In this document: piece by piece, positions 9,250-18,941 of the stretch
How positions within the stretch are numbered: the first letter of the stretch is position 1
Layout: the number at the start of each line of letters is the position of its first letter
NCBI GenBank assembly: GCA_942493095.1
Contig: OW818675.1
Coordinates: forward strand, 2,520,001-2,552,000
From: Candidatus Electronema halotolerans
Lineage (GTDB): Bacteria > Desulfobacterota > Desulfobulbia > Desulfobulbales > Desulfobulbaceae
DNA: 32,000 nucleotides
Reading direction: 5' to 3'
Position numbers and translations under genes: made by a program
Notes under the pieces: model-generated
Database searches by the model: none
Seen by the model: only the letters and a program-made list of their open reading frames with translations
Told to the model about the DNA's origin: nothing

Positions 9250-9972
9250 TCAATTAAAGTGAACCGTCCATATATGCCTTAGATAACAATACGAACGATA
9301 GATAATGGAAATTACTCCACAAATAATAAAAATAACAACAATAACGTCATTGATTGCCTCAATTAAGTTACGGTATTCGTATGGAATATAACATTGAATA
9401 AAAGGCCAAAATAAGGCCACTCCAATATATATCCAAAAAACAGTAACTGCTAATTCATAAATTAAATTAAATTTACACAGAAAATATACAGAAAAATATA
9501 CAGAAAAAATAATTATAGATAAACGTATTAAATACTTCAAATACTCTGAAATTATTTCGTTGATTTTATCAAAAAATAAATTCCATTTTTCCTCCTCTTC
9601 TTCTGCTTGTGAATAGCCGATCCAAACTAATCCGACACAAACAACCATTGATACCAGCAGATAAGTAATGCCAAAATATTTATAAACTGCATATAATCCT
9701 GAGATGATAACAAATCCCCATCGCATCCTTATCAGCAAGCCGACAAGTTTTTGCACCGGCGGTACGCAGCCAGCCTCAAACCGCAGATATGTTCTAAAAA
9801 GCCAGTGGATTACGTTGACAAACTGTGTCCATGCCCATTTTATGGCTGACACAATTGTATTGATAATGGCTGTGATCACAATCTTCAGCCCGGTCAAAAC
9901 TGCTTTGAAGGCAATTCCGATCTTTTTGATCACAATTGTGAGGCCAGTTATTGCTGCGGTGAAAATATTCAT
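9250..9972 (-). CDS. Small AT-rich membrane protein of unknown function
   Basis: 240-aa ORF with several TM segments and an acidic EEEEE loop; local base composition clearly more AT-rich than flanks. Confidence 0.55.
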   Translation of the reverse strand: MNIFTAAITGLTIVIKKIGIAFKAVLTGLKIVITAIINTIVSAIKWAWTQFVNVIHWLFRTYLRFEAGCVPPVQKLVGLLIRMRWGFVIISGLYAVYKYFGITYLLVSMVVCVGLVWIGYSQAEEEEEKWNLFFDKINEIISEYLKYLIRLSIIIFSVYFSVYFLCKFNLIYELAVTVFWIYIGVALFWPFIQCYIPYEYRNLIEAINDVIVVIFIICGVISIIYRSYCYLRHIWTVHFN

Positions 9973-10049
9973 GAAAACCGCCTTATTTTAAATTTTCAAT
10001 AGTTACGCTTTGTTGACTCTGTCGTGCTGAAAACAAAAATAAGTTGCGC

Positions 10050-10071
10050 AATATATCATATATGGTATATT
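10050..10071. promoter_or_regulatory. Near-perfect 22-nt palindrome, candidate toxin-antitoxin operator
   Basis: AATATATCATATATGGTATATT equals its reverse complement at 20 of 22 positions; ends 7 nt before the toxin ATG. Confidence 0.55.
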
Positions 10072-10077
10072 TCAGTT

Positions 10078-10428
10078 ATGGATACTGAAGTCATTCTGCT
10101 TGACGGCGTGGAGAATTTCTTGGACACACTGCCTTTGAAATTGCAGGCAAAAGCGTATTGGACCATGACATTGCTCCAGAAAATGGGTTCTAAATTGCAG
10201 CAGCCCTATTGCAAAGCTGTCAAAGGCCGCACAGGTCTTTATGAATTGAGAGTTAAATTCGCTTCAGATATCGTCAGATTGTTTTACTTTGAGTATAATC
10301 AAAAAACATACATTGTCACCTCTGGCTATGTGAAAAAAGAACAGAAGTTGAATAAACGTGAAATTGAAAAAGCCAGCAGGTTGATGTCACAATATATTGA
10401 GGAACATTCTTATGAGCAAACTCAATGA
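10078..10428 (+). CDS. HigB/RelE-like (Gp49-type) type II toxin
   Basis: 116 aa from ATG 10078: KMGSKLQQPYCKAVKGRTGLYELRVKFASDIVRLFYFEYNQKTYIVTSGYVKKEQKLNKREIEKA; followed by overlapping HTH gene. Confidence 0.88.
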   Translation: MDTEVILLDGVENFLDTLPLKLQAKAYWTMTLLQKMGSKLQQPYCKAVKGRTGLYELRVKFASDIVRLFYFEYNQKTYIVTSGYVKKEQKLNKREIEKASRLMSQYIEEHSYEQTQ

Positions 10429-10702
10429 TGTGCTTGCCAAAAAAATGCAGCATCCTGAATTCCGCCAAGCCTTTGATGAATTTGAGCAGGAATTTCAAAT
10501 TGCCCAGCAGTTGACCAAATTGCGCAAGCAGAAGGGATATACGCAAAAAGAGCTGGCGGAAAAGGCGCATACATCTCAATCTGCTATTGCTCGCCTTGAG
10601 TCAGGACAACATCAAAATCTGACTCTTGCTTTCCTCCAGCGGGTCAGCCGCGCTTTGGGCTTGATGCCGGAAATTCGCTTCAGAAATCTTTCCCAACCGT
10701 AA
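10412..10702 (+). CDS. HigA-like XRE-family antitoxin
   Basis: HTH segment QQLTKLRKQKGYTQKELAEKAHTSQSAIARLESGQHQNLTLAFLQRVSRALG; overlaps the toxin 3' end by 17 nt. Confidence 0.9.
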   Translation: MSKLNDVLAKKMQHPEFRQAFDEFEQEFQIAQQLTKLRKQKGYTQKELAEKAHTSQSAIARLESGQHQNLTLAFLQRVSRALGLMPEIRFRNLSQP

Positions 10703-10743
10703 ATGCTGGCAGTCTTGCGGCAACATGAGGAAGGAGAAGGGTT

Positions 10744-11610
10744 CTACGTCCGCTCAAACTTCTTGCGGAAATAATCATAGGCCGCATTGATTTCCTTCAT
10801 CTTTTCCTCAGCCACCCGCTTGAATTCCGCCCCCAGATGCGCGACCTTGTCCGGGTGATACTGCATGGAAAGCTGTCGATATGCTTTCTTAATTGCAGCA
10901 AAATCATCTCCATCCTCAACGCCCAGCACGGTGTAATACCGCTTTTCTTGATTGACGCTTCCAGCAGGACCGCTTTGCTGATGATACCTGTAGCCGTAGC
11001 GGTATTTGTTCTCAATTGTCTGCCGTTCGTAGGTGCTGATCTGAAGAAAGGCGGCAATGCGGTGGACAAAGGCCAGCTCCTGCTCCAGCACCGATGTTTT
11101 CGTGTAAATGATCTGATAGATTAAATCGAGCAGGATTAGGCTGTAGCCGTCAAAGCTGCGGCGGAATTCGATCAGCAGGCTTTCCAAGTCCTGCTGCCGG
11201 TCTTTGGCCTGCTTGATGAGCTGCTTGACCCAGTACATCTGCTCCTGATTGTAGCGGAGCGTGTTCTGGAAAAAGTTGAGCATGGTCCGCAGCTCGGACT
11301 GGGTGAAATGGCCGTCCGCCTTGGCAATGCAGACCAAGATGTTGACTAAGAGATAGACAAAGCGGTTGTGGCTGGCCGTCTGGGACCGCTCGTAAGCAGC
11401 GGCCCGCTTGCGCATGGAATAGATGAAGCCGAAAAAAGCAGCGGCTCCGAGCAGTGGAACAGTGATCAGCACGAGCAGAAGGAGCGAGACGAAATTGCCC
11501 ACTGCCTGCCAGCCGCCCACGGCCAGCAGGATCAGGACAAAGATGAGCAGGCAGCCGCCGCAGCCTGGCTGGCTGTTGCTGCTGCTGTATTGCCGGGAAT
11601 AGACAGGCAT
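10744..11610 (-). CDS. DjlA-like membrane co-chaperone (TM + TerB-like + C-terminal J domain)
   Basis: C-terminal [37 protein letters not shown] with HPD; central [23 protein letters not shown]; N-terminal TM segments. Confidence 0.88.
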   Translation of the reverse strand: MPVYSRQYSSSNSQPGCGGCLLIFVLILLAVGGWQAVGNFVSLLLLVLITVPLLGAAAFFGFIYSMRKRAAAYERSQTASHNRFVYLLVNILVCIAKADGHFTQSELRTMLNFFQNTLRYNQEQMYWVKQLIKQAKDRQQDLESLLIEFRRSFDGYSLILLDLIYQIIYTKTSVLEQELAFVHRIAAFLQISTYERQTIENKYRYGYRYHQQSGPAGSVNQEKRYYTVLGVEDGDDFAAIKKAYRQLSMQYHPDKVAHLGAEFKRVAEEKMKEINAAYDYFRKKFERT

Positions 11611-11622
11611 CAGAAAGGAAAC

Positions 11623-12777
11623 TCAGCTTGCCGGGTTTGCAGTGCCGCCCGCATATCCTTGGCTGAACAGGGCATCAACAAACTCGTCAGGATCAAAGTC
11701 CCGCAGATCGTCGGCCTGCTCGCCAATGCCGATGAAGCGCACTGGAATTTTCAGCTCATGGCAGATGTTGGCGACAATGCCGCCCTTGGCTGTGCCGTCC
11801 AGCTTGGTCAGAGTCAGGCCGGTCACGCCCACGGCCTCATGAAAGAGCTTGGCCTGGGAAACCGCGTTCTGGCCAGTGGTGGCATCCAAGACCAGCATGA
11901 CCTCGTGCGGCGCGGTCGCCATATTTTTGCCGATCACCCGCTTGATCTTTTTCAGCTCCTCCATCAGGTTGACGCTGGTGTGCAGCCGCCCGGCAGTGTC
12001 AATGATGATCACGTCGTATTTTTTAGCCATGCCCTTGACCATGCCGTCAAAAACCACCGACGACGGGTCTGACTTGGGCGGCCCGCAATGCACCTCCACG
12101 CCGACCCGTCCGCCCCAGATTTTGAGCTGGTCAATGGCGGCGGCCCGGAAGGTGTCGCCGGCAATCAGCAGGACAGACTGGCCGGACTTGACAAACTTGG
12201 CTGCAATCTTGCCGATAGAGGTGGTCTTGCCCACCCCGTTGACTCCGACCACCATGATCACGAACGGCCCGGACTCTGGCAGGACCAGCTCCGCCGGTTG
12301 CTCGGAAGCCTTGAGAAAGGCCAATATCTGATCGCGCAGCACCTGTTTCAGGGTCTGCGGATCACTGAGCTGCTTCCGCTTGACCTGCTCCTTGGCCGTG
12401 TCAAGCAGGCGCATGGCCGTGCTCACGCCGAGATCAGCAGTGATCAGCAGCTCTTCCAGCTCGTCGAACAGCTCCTGATCAATCTTTTTCCGGCCCAGCA
12501 GGAGGCGGTCCAGACGATGGACCAGACCGCTCCGGCTCTTGCCCAGCCGCTCTTGCAGCCGCTTGAACATTGAGGGCTTGCGCTGCTCCTGCACAGGCTC
12601 TTCAGGAGGCGGACTGGACTCGGCTTGCTCCTCCGGCAGCACGGGCGGCGGCAACGGAGCAGCAGACTGGTCAGTTTCCTCCACTTCCAGCTCTGCTGCC
12701 GGAGCCTCCACAGGAGCGGCTTCCGCAGACTCCGGTGCTTCTTTGCGGGCAAGTTTCTTTTTAAACCAACCGAGCAT
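11623..12777 (-). CDS. ftsY: Signal recognition particle receptor FtsY
   Basis: [107 protein letters not shown]. Confidence 0.98.
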   Translation of the reverse strand: MLGWFKKKLARKEAPESAEAAPVEAPAAELEVEETDQSAAPLPPPVLPEEQAESSPPPEEPVQEQRKPSMFKRLQERLGKSRSGLVHRLDRLLLGRKKIDQELFDELEELLITADLGVSTAMRLLDTAKEQVKRKQLSDPQTLKQVLRDQILAFLKASEQPAELVLPESGPFVIMVVGVNGVGKTTSIGKIAAKFVKSGQSVLLIAGDTFRAAAIDQLKIWGGRVGVEVHCGPPKSDPSSVVFDGMVKGMAKKYDVIIIDTAGRLHTSVNLMEELKKIKRVIGKNMATAPHEVMLVLDATTGQNAVSQAKLFHEAVGVTGLTLTKLDGTAKGGIVANICHELKIPVRFIGIGEQADDLRDFDPDEFVDALFSQGYAGGTANPAS

Positions 12778-12780
12778 GAA

Positions 12781-15156
12781 TCAGCACCCCGCCTTTGGTT
12801 CCAAGACAAAGTCCAAGGCTTCCTCAATGGTGTGCGGATAGCGGAACACGGCCTCCTTGCGCACTTTTTCCGGCATTTCCAAGACATCGTTCTCGTTCTG
12901 CGGCGGCAGAACCAGCTCTTTGATCCCAGCCCGCAACGCGGCCAGCACCTTTTCATTGATGCCGCCCACTGGCAGCACGTCGCCGCGCAGGGTGATTTCG
13001 CCGGTCATGGCCACGTCCTGACGCAGCGGCCTGCCGCTGATCACCGAGTAAAGGGCACTGACCATTGCCACGCCCGCAGAAGGGCCGTCTTTTGGAGTCG
13101 CGCCTTCCGGGACATGAACATGCAGATCCTGCTGCGAGAAAATGTCCTCATCAATGCCCAAAGACGAGGCGCGGGAGCGGAGATAGGTCAGGGCGGCAGA
13201 GGCCGACTCCTTCATCACGTCGCCGAGCTTGCCGGTCAGACTGAGGCCGCCCTTGCCCTTCATTTTTGAGGTTTCAATGAAGAGAATTTTGCCGCCCACT
13301 GGTGTCCATGCCAAGCCAGTGGCCAAACCCGGCCCCCAGTTGCGGGCTTTGACTTCTGGATAAAAACGGATCACGCCGAGATATTCATGCACCTTTTCCG
13401 GGGTGACCACGACCTTCTCGGTGTTGCCCCGGACAATGCTGGCAGCCACGCCCCGGCAGACCGAAGCCAGCTCCCGCTCCATATTGCGCACCCCAGCCTC
13501 GCGGGTGTAGGAGCGGATCACCTCCAGCAGAGCCTCGTCGCTCATTTCCAGATTGTCCTCAGTCAGGGCATGCTCCTTGAGCTGCTTGGGCAGCAGGTAG
13601 CGGCGGGCAATGTCAACCTTCTCATTCTCGGTGTAGCTCGACAATTCCACCACTTCCATTCGGTCGCGGAGCGGGCCGGGGACGGTGTCGAGCATGTTGG
13701 CGGTGGCAATGAAAAGAATCTTGGAGAGATCAAACTCCATGTCCAAATAATGATCGCGGAAGGTGGAGTTCTGCTCCGGGTCCAGCACTTCGAGCAGGGC
13801 TGAGGCAGGATCGCCCCGGAAGTCGCTGCCTAATTTGTCGATCTCATCCAGCAGGACGACCGGATTTTTTGAATCAACCCGCTTCAGGCTTTGAATGATC
13901 CGGCCCGGCAAGGCGCCGATATAGGTGCGGCGGTGGCCGCGAATCTCAGCCTCGTCGCGCAGGCCGCCAAGGGCGATGCGGATGAACTTGCGGCCCATAG
14001 TTTTGGCAATGGACTGGCCGAGCGAGGTTTTGCCCACGCCGGGCGGGCCAGCAAGACAGAGGATCGGCCCCTGAATGTCGTTCTTGAGTTTGCGCACGGC
14101 CAGAAATTCAAGAATCCGCTTTTTGACCTGCCCAAGGCCGTAGTGCTCGCTGTCCAAGTCCTGCTCGGCCTTGGCCAGATCCAAGCTGTCCTCGGTGTAT
14201 TTGTTCCACGGCAGGTCAAGAATCCAGTCTAAATAGTTGCGGGCCACAGAGTGTTCCGGCGAAGAAGGCGAAATCCGCTCCAAGCGGGCCAGCTCCTTGT
14301 CAACCGCCTTGCGGGCCTCCTCGCTCAGACCAGCCTCGTCGGCCCGCTTGCGCAGCTCGGTCAGTTCGGCTTTTTCGTCTGAATCCTCGCCCAGCTCCTT
14401 GCGGATCGCTTCCAGCTGCTGGCGGAGGAAGAACTGCCGCTGCTTGCCGTCAATCTCCTTTTTGATGTCCGCTTGGAGCTTGTTGCTCATCTCCACAGTT
14501 TCCAGCCGTTTGTTCAGCTCGCGGGCCACCCGGTGCAGGAGCAGGTTGATCTCAATGATTTCGAGAATTTCCTGCTCCTCCTCCACCTTGATGTTGAGCT
14601 GCGAGGTGACGAGATAGGCAACATGATAGGGGTCTGTGACCGCGTCAAGCGTGGCAAGGATTTCCTCCGGCATTTCGGTCAGCTTGGCCAGATTCTTGAA
14701 CTGACTGCGGATGTTGAGGAGCAGGGCCTGATTCTCGCTGCTGTCTTCGTCATAGAACATGGGCAGCCGGGTGATATTGCCCTCAATCCACGGCTCCTCC
14801 TGGGTATATTCGCTCACGGCGATCTTATGCACGCCGCTGATCAGGACATGATAGTAACCCTCGTCAAACTTGGTCACATTATGAATATAGCCGAGCGCGC
14901 CGACCCGGTGCATGTCCTTGCTGGTAAGCTCCTCATTGACTGAGGCCTGCTTCTTATAGCAGAGGACAAGGCCGAGCATCCGGTTGCCGTTCATGGCATG
15001 ATCGACGAGCTGCATGGCAGACTGGCTGCCCATCTGGAGGGGAAAGCCCATGCCGGGAAAAAAGACAAAGCCGTGCAGCGGCATGATCGGCAGGGTGTCA
15101 GGCACAGGCAGGCGGGTCGGGTCAATGACATTCTGCCCTTGAGCTTGTTCTTCCAT
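12781..15156 (-). CDS. lon: ATP-dependent protease Lon
   Basis: [50 protein letters not shown], and catalytic [11 protein letters not shown]. The ORF extends to 15210; the ATG at 15156 (MEEQAQGQ) with GGAG upstream is the preferred start. Confidence 0.97.
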   Translation of the reverse strand: MEEQAQGQNVIDPTRLPVPDTLPIMPLHGFVFFPGMGFPLQMGSQSAMQLVDHAMNGNRMLGLVLCYKKQASVNEELTSKDMHRVGALGYIHNVTKFDEGYYHVLISGVHKIAVSEYTQEEPWIEGNITRLPMFYDEDSSENQALLLNIRSQFKNLAKLTEMPEEILATLDAVTDPYHVAYLVTSQLNIKVEEEQEILEIIEINLLLHRVARELNKRLETVEMSNKLQADIKKEIDGKQRQFFLRQQLEAIRKELGEDSDEKAELTELRKRADEAGLSEEARKAVDKELARLERISPSSPEHSVARNYLDWILDLPWNKYTEDSLDLAKAEQDLDSEHYGLGQVKKRILEFLAVRKLKNDIQGPILCLAGPPGVGKTSLGQSIAKTMGRKFIRIALGGLRDEAEIRGHRRTYIGALPGRIIQSLKRVDSKNPVVLLDEIDKLGSDFRGDPASALLEVLDPEQNSTFRDHYLDMEFDLSKILFIATANMLDTVPGPLRDRMEVVELSSYTENEKVDIARRYLLPKQLKEHALTEDNLEMSDEALLEVIRSYTREAGVRNMERELASVCRGVAASIVRGNTEKVVVTPEKVHEYLGVIRFYPEVKARNWGPGLATGLAWTPVGGKILFIETSKMKGKGGLSLTGKLGDVMKESASAALTYLRSRASSLGIDEDIFSQQDLHVHVPEGATPKDGPSAGVAMVSALYSVISGRPLRQDVAMTGEITLRGDVLPVGGINEKVLAALRAGIKELVLPPQNENDVLEMPEKVRKEAVFRYPHTIEEALDFVLEPKAGC

Positions 15157-15342
15157 CGTTCTCCGGGAAGGTTGATTTATTTCTTGCATGCTGGCCAAGT
15201 TGGACAGCATTTCTGAAGCACGGTCTCACTATACTGCGTTCTACAGGCGAAAAGCAAGACAAAGGCTGGCAAGGTCGGCAGGGCAGGACGTTTTTTCGCG
15301 ATGCTGGAAGGCAGACCAAACGTGCGGTTAGCAGCCTGTTTC

Positions 15343-15372
15343 TTTCCTGCTTGACAATTTTCCTGCTTGACA
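15343..15372 (+). promoter_or_regulatory. Tandem -35-like elements upstream of tRNA(CAU)
   Basis: TTTCCTGCTTGACA occurs twice (15343-15356 and 15359-15372), each ending in a consensus TTGACA; CAAAAT lies 17 nt after the second copy. Confidence 0.5.
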
Positions 15373-15408
15373 GAAAGAGCAAAATAGAACAAAATATGGC
15401 CCTGTCAA

Positions 15409-15485
15409 GGCGATGTAGCTCAGTCGGTTAGAGCATACGGCTCATATCCGTAGTGTCCGGGGTTCAAGTCCCTGCATCGCCACCA
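15409..15485 (+). tRNA. tRNA with CAU anticodon (elongator Met, or Ile2 if lysidine-modified)
   Basis: Full cloverleaf: GGCGATG/CATCGCC acceptor, GCTC/GAGC D stem, TACGG-CTCATAT-CCGTA anticodon arm, CGGGG-TTCAAGT-CCCTG T arm, encoded CCA. Confidence 0.96.
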
Positions 15486-15520
15486 GTCAGCAATGATTCC
15501 CTTGCGGAATCCCAGATATA

Positions 15521-15560
15521 AAAAAATCCAACCAAGTGCAGGAGCTTGGTTGGATTTTTT
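15521..15560. terminator. Bidirectional intrinsic terminator
   Basis: AAAAAATCCAACCAAG-TGCAGGAG-CTTGGTTGGATTTTTT, 16-bp perfect inverted repeat with A/T tracts on both sides, between convergent tRNA and peptidase gene. Confidence 0.93.
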
Positions 15561-15605
15561 CTTTTCCGCCGCTGGTTCCCGCCAGCAGCAAAATCGTCAG
15601 TTGGC

Positions 15606-16511
15606 TCAGTTGGCAAAGGTGTTGCAGCTGTCCATGTCGCCGCTCTGCAAGCCGGTCTTGAACCATTGCGCCCTCTGCGCCGCGCTGCCGTGGGTGAAGG
15701 AGTCAGGCACCACATAGCCTTGGGCCTGCTTCTGCAAGGTGTCATCGCCGACCGCGCTGGCCGCAGCCAGCCCTTCCTCAATATCGCCCGCCTCCAGCAG
15801 CTTGCGGCTCCTGTCCGCGTGATGCGCCCAGACTCCGGCAAAACAGTCAGCCTGTAGCTCCTGCCGCACCAGCAGCTTGTTGCTTTCAGTTTTGCTCAAT
15901 TGCTTGCGGGCCGCATGCACTTTGGCGGAAATGCCGAGCAGAGTTTGAACATGATGCCCGACTTCATGGGCAATCACATAAGCCTGGGCAAAATCTCCCG
16001 GCGCGTGGAACCGTTCTTGCAGCTCATCAAAAAAGCTCAGATCAAGATAAACTTTGCGGTCGCCCGGACAGTAAAAAGGGCCGCTGGCTGACTGGGCAAA
16101 GCCGCAGGCCGACTGCACCGCCCCACGGAACAGAACAAGGCGCGGCTCCTCATAGTTTTTGCCCTTCCGCTGCAGCAGCTCATGCCATGTTTCCTCGGTG
16201 TCAGCCAAGACAACTTTGACGAAATCAACCAATTTTTCTTCTTCAGCAGTCTGCTGGACTGGCCCGGCTTTTCTGCTGACCTGGGTTGGCTGCTGCAGGC
16301 CAAGAATGGAAAGAACGCTGCCGAGATTGCCGGTCATCAGGGCAAAGATGCCGACGATCACTGCCGCGACCACCGTGCCTTTGAAGCCGAGCAGCTTCAT
16401 CGCTGCTGGCAGCAGGTTCAGCATGTTGCCGCTGCCGCCAGAGCCGCCGGAAAATTCCGTGCCGCGCTGATCTTCAACATTGTCGCTTTTCCGTCTTCCT
16501 TCCCAATCCAT
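15606..16511 (-). CDS. Neutral zinc metallopeptidase (YpfJ-like)
   Basis: MDWEGRRKSDNVEDQRG start, TM segment, YVIAHEVGHHVQTLLGI (HExxH), ELQADCFAGVWAHHAD, GSAAQRAQWFKTGLQSGDMDSCNTF. The ORF extends to 16547; 16511 preferred. Confidence 0.93.
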   Translation of the reverse strand: MDWEGRRKSDNVEDQRGTEFSGGSGGSGNMLNLLPAAMKLLGFKGTVVAAVIVGIFALMTGNLGSVLSILGLQQPTQVSRKAGPVQQTAEEEKLVDFVKVVLADTEETWHELLQRKGKNYEEPRLVLFRGAVQSACGFAQSASGPFYCPGDRKVYLDLSFFDELQERFHAPGDFAQAYVIAHEVGHHVQTLLGISAKVHAARKQLSKTESNKLLVRQELQADCFAGVWAHHADRSRKLLEAGDIEEGLAAASAVGDDTLQKQAQGYVVPDSFTHGSAAQRAQWFKTGLQSGDMDSCNTFAN

Positions 16512-16577
16512 GAGCAGCCTCCTTTGGTGCTGTTGAGAAACTTTCAATTTATTTTTAAGAAGTTAGCTTGCCAGCAC

Positions 16578-17444
16578 TCAGGAGAGCGCGGCCCAGACCG
16601 CCTCTGGCAATGGCCTGCCGCCGTCGCAGCGGACCCAGTTCAGCTTTCTCCGCAGGATGGCGAAATAGCCTTTGTGCGGCGAACTGATCAGACGCAGCGG
16701 CTTGGCTGCCGCCTCCACGACAAGAAAATCGTCCGCCTGCATCTGCCAGGCAAGCCGTCCGTCAACCATGATTTTTGTTGCAGAAACTGGAGCCATCAGG
16801 CTGGTGACAATCCGGGTGCCGGGCGGGAGCAGCACAGGCCGCGATTCCAGCATGAAGGGGCAGATTGGCGTGACGATCAGGGCGCGGAGCTGGGCATGGG
16901 CAATGGGGCCGCCTGCGGAGAGATTGTAGGCTGTGGAGCCGGTGGGCGTGGAAATGATCAGGCCGTCGGCCTTGTAGGTGGCCGCATACTCCTCGTCAGC
17001 CCAGCAGCTCAGATACAGCAGCGGCTCTGTGCTGCTTTTAAGAATCACCACCTCGTTGAGGACAAAACAGGGCTTGCCTCGTGGTGTGCCGTCTCCGGTC
17101 AACAGTTGCACCTTGAGCATCATCCGTTCCTCAATCGCTGCTTGGCCGTGCAGGATGGCCTCCAAGGCCGGATGCATCTCTTCCGCCGCCACTTCGGTGA
17201 GAAAGCCAAGATGGCCGAGATTGATGCCGACCACGGGAATGCCGTGCTTGGATGCCTGATCCGCAACATGAAGCAGGGTGCCGTCGCCGCCAAGGATGGT
17301 CAGCATGTCCATGTCCGGCTCGATCCGGTCCAGCTCGGCCTGCACCGAACGCTGCGCAAACCAGACCGCCAGTTCTCTGCCGATCTGCTGCACTGCCGGG
17401 CTGTCCTTGCGGATGATGATGCCGACGCGGCGAATCTGCTGCAT
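16578..17444 (-). CDS. nadK: NAD kinase
   Basis: LTILGGDGTLLHVAD, GINLGHLGFLTEV, LVVEAAAKPLRLI, SPTGSTAYNLSAGGPI-type segment (TPTGSTAYNLSAGGPIAH). Confidence 0.96.
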   Translation of the reverse strand: MQQIRRVGIIIRKDSPAVQQIGRELAVWFAQRSVQAELDRIEPDMDMLTILGGDGTLLHVADQASKHGIPVVGINLGHLGFLTEVAAEEMHPALEAILHGQAAIEERMMLKVQLLTGDGTPRGKPCFVLNEVVILKSSTEPLLYLSCWADEEYAATYKADGLIISTPTGSTAYNLSAGGPIAHAQLRALIVTPICPFMLESRPVLLPPGTRIVTSLMAPVSATKIMVDGRLAWQMQADDFLVVEAAAKPLRLISSPHKGYFAILRRKLNWVRCDGGRPLPEAVWAALS

Positions 17445-17451
17445 GATTCTT

Positions 17452-18264
17452 TTACTTGCCCAGCTCTTTGGAGCGGTCTGCCGCCGCCTTGACTGCCGCC
17501 ATCACCGTGCCGCGCAGGCCGTCCCGCTCCAGCACCTGCAAGCCTGCGATGGTGGTGCCGCCGGGCGAGGTGACTTTTCCTTTGAGCACTGCTGCTGGCT
17601 CGCCGCTTTCCAGAGCCAATTTTGCCGAGCCATACAGGGTTTGCAGGGCAAGCTGCTCGGCCAAGGGCCGGGGAATGCCTGCGAGCACACCGCCGTCAAT
17701 CATGGCTTCCAAAAAGGTGAAGACATAGCCTGGCCCGGAGCCGCTCAGGCCAGTGACGGCATCGAGCAGGCTTTCCGGCACTTCGACGCAGGTGCCGACC
17801 GCAGAGAATATTTTTCCGCACAGTTCCATGTCCTCATGGCTGGCAAGAGCATTGCCGCTCATGGCTGAGGCCCCGGCCAGGACCAAGGAGGGCGTGTTGG
17901 GCATCACCCGGATGATGCGGCGGTTTGCACCCAAGCCTTGCTCAAGCTGCCCGATGGTCACGCCAGCGGCAATGGAGATGATCAGATGCGCCTCAGTCAT
18001 AAGCGGCTGATAGGCGGCCAGCAGCGCCGCCATGATCTGCGGCTTGACCGCGAGAATGATGATCCGGCTCTGTTCCGCCAGCTGCGCCGCTGATTCTGTT
18101 GTCTGAATGTGATAGGTCTGTTCCAGATATTCCCGGCGCAAGGCCGCAGGTTCGGCAGCCATGATCTGGTCCGCCTCTGTCAGGCCCGCTGCCAGCAGGC
18201 CCTTGATCAGCGCCTCGCCCATCTGGCCGCCGCCGATCATGCCTGTTTTTTGCAACGCTGTCAT
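17452..18264 (-). CDS. proC: Pyrroline-5-carboxylate reductase
   Basis: GMIGGGQMGEALIKGLLAAG, VKPQ, MPNTPSLVLAGASAMSG, VTGLSGSGPGYVFTFLEAMIDGG, TSPGGTTIAGLQVLE. ORF extends to 18306; 18264 preferred. Confidence 0.95.
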   Translation of the reverse strand: MTALQKTGMIGGGQMGEALIKGLLAAGLTEADQIMAAEPAALRREYLEQTYHIQTTESAAQLAEQSRIIILAVKPQIMAALLAAYQPLMTEAHLIISIAAGVTIGQLEQGLGANRRIIRVMPNTPSLVLAGASAMSGNALASHEDMELCGKIFSAVGTCVEVPESLLDAVTGLSGSGPGYVFTFLEAMIDGGVLAGIPRPLAEQLALQTLYGSAKLALESGEPAAVLKGKVTSPGGTTIAGLQVLERDGLRGTVMAAVKAAADRSKELGK

Positions 18265-18306
18265 ATTTTTTCCCTGTATTTTATCAGATTGGGCAGCAGC
18301 ACGCAC

Positions 18307-18337
18307 AAAAAAGGCCGCCCTTGCAGGCGGCCTTTTT
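18307..18337 (-). terminator. Intrinsic terminator downstream of dsrC
   Basis: AAAAAGGCCGCC...GGCGGCCTTTTT inverted repeat. Confidence 0.85.
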
Positions 18338-18359
18338 CACACAAGCTGAAAACTGTAAA

Positions 18360-18680
18360 TCAGACGCAGCCAGTGGGTTTGGGCAGACCTGCCATCTTGC
18401 AGGCTCCCTTGCCCGGTCCAGACGGGAACAGCTCATAAATCCGCTTCAGCGGGAAGCCGGTGGTCTTGGACAGAATACGAACCATAGGCGCGATGCCGTT
18501 CTTCTGGTAGTATTCCTTCAGCGCGTCAATGACCTTTTTATGCTCTTCGGTCAGCTCGCCAATGCCTTCGATGCCTTTGACGTAATCAACCCAGTCCTCA
18601 TCCCACGACTCAGAGCCGTTAAGCAGGAAACCGTCCTCGTCAACATCGTAAGTTTTTGAGTTGTGTTCAATAGTTGGCAT
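18360..18680 (-). CDS. dsrC: DsrC/TusE family sulfur-relay protein (DsrC-type)
   Basis: YDVDEDGFLLNGSESWDEDWVDYVKGIEGI...LTEEHKKVIDALKEYYQKNGIAPMVRILSKTTGFPLKRIYELFPSGPGKGACKMAGLPKPTGCV; both conserved C-terminal cysteines present. Confidence 0.97.
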   Translation of the reverse strand: MPTIEHNSKTYDVDEDGFLLNGSESWDEDWVDYVKGIEGIGELTEEHKKVIDALKEYYQKNGIAPMVRILSKTTGFPLKRIYELFPSGPGKGACKMAGLPKPTGCV

Positions 18681-18758
18681 AGTTACTCTCCTTGTGAAAA
18701 GATAAATGAAAGAAATGAACGCCTGTTCATGGCTGTGCCTGTCAGATGGTGAAAGGAA

Positions 18759-18787
18759 CTCATACTATATGAGGCGTTGTTTGTCAA
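18759..18787 (-). promoter_or_regulatory. Candidate sigma70-type promoter for dsrC
   Basis: Minus-strand TTGACA (18787-18782), 17-nt spacer, TATGAG (18764-18759). Confidence 0.4.
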
Positions 18788-18941
18788 GATTTCTTCGCGT
18801 TTTTTTGCCCAGCGAAAACTCTCTTTTGTCTGCCCGATACGCAATCATTGGCTTTTTGGCTGACAACATGCTATGTTGAGCCGATCACGTCAGCAAAGGA
18901 CTGCTCTTTTTTGGCTGGAATTTTATTGGAGACAAAGCAAC

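Noticed and set aside
15464-15841. 125-aa minus-strand ORF over the tRNA/terminator region
   Set aside because: Overlaps the tRNA end and terminator and is out of frame with the supported metallopeptidase; composition is typical of a spurious ORF.
16182-17492. 436-aa plus-strand ORF
   Set aside because: Spans antisense to the metallopeptidase and NAD kinase genes, both strongly supported.
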